A stretch of DNA of 64,000 bases from Balanoglossus misakiensis (taxonomy: Eukaryota; Animalia; Hemichordata): the NCBI GenBank assembly GCA_040954595.2, contig CM082589.2:3486213-3550212 (forward strand), given 5' to 3'. The notes under the pieces are model-generated. The model worked only from the letters and a program-made list of their open reading frames with translations, did not search any database and was not told the DNA's origin. Below are positions 63,580 through 64,000 of the stretch, piece after piece. The stretch's first letter is position 1, and each line of letters opens with the position of its first letter. The position numbers were made by a program, and so were the translations under genes.

Positions 63580-64000
63580 CTGGAATAAACCAAGCAAGTC
63601 GAGATTAAATGACTACGCTAAGCCAATTTTGATATTTTCATCCCAGGAGCAAAAAATGTGATTTTCATTCTCTGGAGCCCTTCATCTATCATGGGGACGT
63701 ATGTGTTTACCATCAAAGCTACAGTAACTTCAACTTTGGTATTTTTTTGTTTTGGATGTGGTATATGAAAAAAGGATAAATATAGCACAAGCATCACTTC
63801 TCCATAGGCTGGCCAAGGTCAAAGAACTCCCCAAAGATTATTTGCACAATGGTCTGCAACCAGGTACCGCATAAAGCCCTTGACCTTGCCCTGACATGGT
63901 TTATTTTGGAAACCTGGCTATGCACGATCACACAGCTGAAACCTTCCCACAATTCCTTGCTACTCTCAAGCACATGTCTCAAATTCTGTGCTATCACATC

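Overview
Eukaryotic (animal, probably marine invertebrate) genomic DNA with two convergent genes. The + strand carries a Golgi type-II membrane sulfotransferase (single coding exon, 3588-4973). The - strand carries the 3' part of a giant spectraplakin gene (MACF1/dystonin/Shot family; 51 phase-consistent coding exons traced from 63579 to 17854: spectrin repeats, 2 EF-hands, GAS2/GAR domain, Ser/Arg-rich tail with SxIP motifs). The two 3' ends are separated by an ~8.85-kb satellite array (3 x 86-bp plus ~97 x 88-bp monomers) flanked by an 8-bp direct repeat. One intron holds a 3.2-kb near-perfect palindromic DNA transposon (TAT..ATA ends, 6-bp TSD, IS3EU-like) with 63-bp subterminal repeats, two SAM-domain mini-ORFs and a nested Harbinger-type MITE. 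The most interesting signal is candidate alternative N-termini hidden in the spectraplakin introns: an Ig I-set exon, an in-frame transmembrane leader and a 61-aa leader. These come with a long-range complementary 19-mer pair, several clusters of frame-preserving micro/cassette exons (including inside GAS2), candidate alternative last exons and an apparent frameshift in the terminal exon. All alternative-exon calls are sequence-only predictions that need RNA evidence.
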